This document shows, one piece after another, positions 61,061 to 64,000 of a stretch of 64,000 nucleotides of DNA (the stretch's first letter is position 1; every line of letters starts with the position of its first letter). The stretch lies in NCBI GenBank assembly GCA_047967505.1, contig CM106538.1. One strand, 5' to 3'. Under the pieces are notes generated by a model. It worked only from the letters and a program-made list of their open reading frames with translations. It ran no database searches and was not told the origin of the DNA. A program made the translations under genes and the position numbers. The DNA comes from Dipteris shenzhenensis (taxonomy: Eukaryota).

Positions 61061-64000
61061 TTTTTTTTTTTGCAAAGAAAAAACCCGAAAAAGGCTGAAA
61101 GAAAGAAAAATTGCCTATTCCAGAGAAGCCCAACTCACTGCCTAGGGGATCTATGGAACTGGGGCTAACAGCCAAGTAGAGGGACTATATAGCCAATGAA
61201 TCCCTCACAGAGTGAAGATATAGAAAACACCTGCAGGCCAAGCCTTGTAGAAACGAGCACGCCTCTCAATAGTCACCCTGGAGCCTGGAGTCCCACGTTC
61301 CCAAGTGGACCAAAGAGTGTAAATGATATCCTGCCAGATGGCAACCAAGGAAGCCAAGGGTGGAATCGGATGCTCTCCCATCACAAGACTGCAGCGAGCC
61401 ACCCAAATGTTCCAAGCCGTGATGTTGGCTACCACGTCCCAAGCACTGTCCTCCCTAGGAGGAGGAGGAGCTAGGGTGTCAGGGGGGACTATCTCGTGGA
61501 GTGCAATCCTCTGAATGCTCTGACCCTGTATCCAGTAGGCTGGGGAGATCTCATCAATCTAAAATGCATGTCCTCCCTTTGTCAACAAAGCCACCATCCC
61601 CCAGGTGTAGTCTTTATGAAGACTCTGCATATGTGTCATGATCCTGAGGGCTCTCATCCAGATCCTCACTGCGCTACGACAACTACATAGGCAGTGCGGG
61701 ATAGTCTCCAAGACAACATCTGAGCAGTAATGGCACTGCCCCTCCACTCACATCTGCTCCAACCATGGGCCGATGGGCAAGACACCTCCGTGGGCTTCCA
61801 ACTAGAAGAAGTATGAAATCTTCCTTGACCACAAGCTGGACCACAACCGCATCCAAAACCTAGAGCGAACATCTCGGGGCGCTCTCTGGGCCACCCAGTG
61901 TCTCTCGCTTGAGGGAGTCCACCTCGACGAGTCCATCTGAAGTCTCGTGCCAATCCGTGTGGTGTAGGAAAAGAAAGGCACCTCATCTATCATCTCAAAT
62001 AGGTCGCCCCTGGAGGGCCAAAACCACTCCCTCGGGTCCCACTGGACCTCTCTACCCTCCCATAGCCAGAGGCGCCATCTAGAGGCTCCTGATCTAAGAT
62101 ACTGGGAGGATCAATGTGCCACTCCTTCTCCAAGCATCCTACCACTCTAATCATTTGCCAGTGTATCCCATCAAGACTCCCATCCATCTCAGGGTCACTC
62201 CAAGTGAGGGGCTCAAATAGGCCTCTAGGTCCTACAAAGAAGCTGGGGTTGCATGATGCCGTGCTACATCAAAATCCTCAAGGGAACACCAGCATGAGAA
62301 AACTGCCCCAATTATCTGTTGTCTCTCCAAATGTGAATTCCTTCCCACCAGGACTCAAGAATGGCTAAGTCGTGATCTCGTCCATCCGCTGCCCTGTCTC
62401 TCTCAGATGCGCTAGGGTTTTAAGCCTCGCCTGCCTCCATAGGTAGTTTGCTCCAGCGACCAAAAGACCCTGCTAGACAACTGTCCCACTGTGCCCAACC
62501 AATGTGAGTCCGCTACCCAAGCATACATCCCTCCTGATCTCTGACATCTAGGTGCCACATAAGAGGCTGGCACTCAAACTCCTCTCTACATCTGCGTAGA
62601 GCATGGATGAGACCCCTTGCTAGTCTCTGCCACACCCTGTGAAGACTCCTCATTAGGGGGGAGCCCTTCCTTGTAAAGGGGGCCTTTGAGAAGATCCATC
62701 TATGTGAAGGCTGCCACTGTCCCCCAGTGCATGGGGTGTTCCTCAGAAGCCCTCTCTGTAAGAGGAGATTCCAAGGCTCGGCACCTGGGGTGAGGCCACG
62801 AACCACCAACTTGCCCAAAAGGGCCCTGCTCTGCATCTCCAGATCAATGATACCCAAGCCTCCCAGTGCTTGTGGCATGATCACCGTCTGCCAAGCTACT
62901 CATGCCCTAGTGTTCCTCGTGCCGTCTAAACCTGCCCAGAGGAAGTTCCGTACCAACCGTCGGAGCTGCCCAATGCATCCTCTGTGAAAGCACCAACATG
63001 AGGCAATATATCAGGCAGTGGCAAGAACGACTTGGTTTGCCACTAAGGTGCAACCTGCAAGGGAGAGTTTGGCTGAGCTCTAATATAGAAGCTTGCATCG
63101 AATACTCTCAAGGATCGGGGCAATCTGCTACTCTGCTGTGATGTCAATACCCACTTGGCAGTCGAGGTATCTCACTGTCTGGCCCCGCGGTCCCCGCGGT
63201 ATCCATCTGAAACCAAAGTCACTTCCCCACTTACGGATCTCCTGTGTCTCCTCAAAGCCCGTGAAGAAGCCGATGGATTCTGTCTAGTTGATTCGTGCCC
63301 TTGAGGCCTCACAATAGATAGCCAAGGTGCCTCTGACTCTCTCTAGACTCAGTGTGGTGCCCTCAACATACAAGGCCGTGTCATTTGCAAACTCCGAGTC
63401 AAGGAGCTTCTCCTCTTGCTTGATTGGAAGCCTCAACCCTGTGAGACCCGCCACCTATGATCTCAAATAGTAGCCCAGAGCCTCCGCTACAAACAAGAAG
63501 AGGAAGGGAGCTAGTGGGTAGCCTTGGTGGACCGAGCAAGAGAAAGGAAAGGCCTCGCCTGTGTGTCCTCTGATAATCATCTGACTAGAGCTCCCTGTAT
63601 AGCGCTAAAACTCCTCTGACCCATCTGTCTGAGAAACCCAATCTCCTCATAGTGCCCTCCAAGAAAGACCACTCCACCCTGTCGTAGGCCTTCTCAAAGT
63701 CCAAGAGAAGGATGGCCAGTGGCTGTGACTCCTCTTGGACCAATCCACTGCCTCCTAGAACGAGAAGATGTTGTCCAGGATGCTGCGCTCCTAGACAAAC
63801 CTAGTCTGTGTGTCATGGATGATGTCGATAAGATGAGGCCATAATCACAAACTCAAGACCTTGGCGAGGATCTTGTATGCAGTATCAAAGCAGAGTGATC
63901 GGCCTCCACTATCAGATATCTAACCTATCTCCCCCTTTTGGGATCAAACAGATCCACCCCCTACATAAGGACTAAGGGAGAAAGCCTATGTCAAAAATCT
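61061..64000 (-). mobile_element. L1-like LINE, 3' part, running off the window end; degenerate
   Basis: Poly(T) at 61061-61071 as the poly(A) tail. [30 protein letters not shown] and AWQTVIMPQALGGLGIIDLEMQ. Confidence 0.88.

Overview
Eukaryotic land-plant DNA. Gene and transposon style suggest a large-genome fern or lycophyte, but that is inference. The window holds one host gene: an apparently intact plant cyclic-nucleotide-gated channel (CNGC, group III-like, GQN filter) on the + strand. Six GT-AG exons (5226-46829) plus a candidate 20-nt first coding exon (3573-3592) join in frame to about 721 aa. Two introns are expanded to 21.4 kb and 16.9 kb by nested retroelements, several resolved to the base by TG..CA ends, tRNA-iMet PBS, PPT and target-site duplications. 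These comprise two Ty3/Gypsy chromovirus-type elements, a near-intact Ty1/Copia, gag-only or non-autonomous LTR elements, solo LTRs and LINE fragments. The flanks are degenerate Copia, Gypsy, LINE and probable DNA-transposon relics. The least explained signals are: (i) a dense array of about 13 short hairpins with co-varying and G-T pairs just upstream of exon 2; (ii) extreme GTAC arrays right behind the PBS of two different Copia elements; (iii) a family of non-autonomous Copia derivatives that keeps a compressed pol-vestige ORF. No rRNA, tRNA or CRISPR features were seen. All counts and identities were made by eye.
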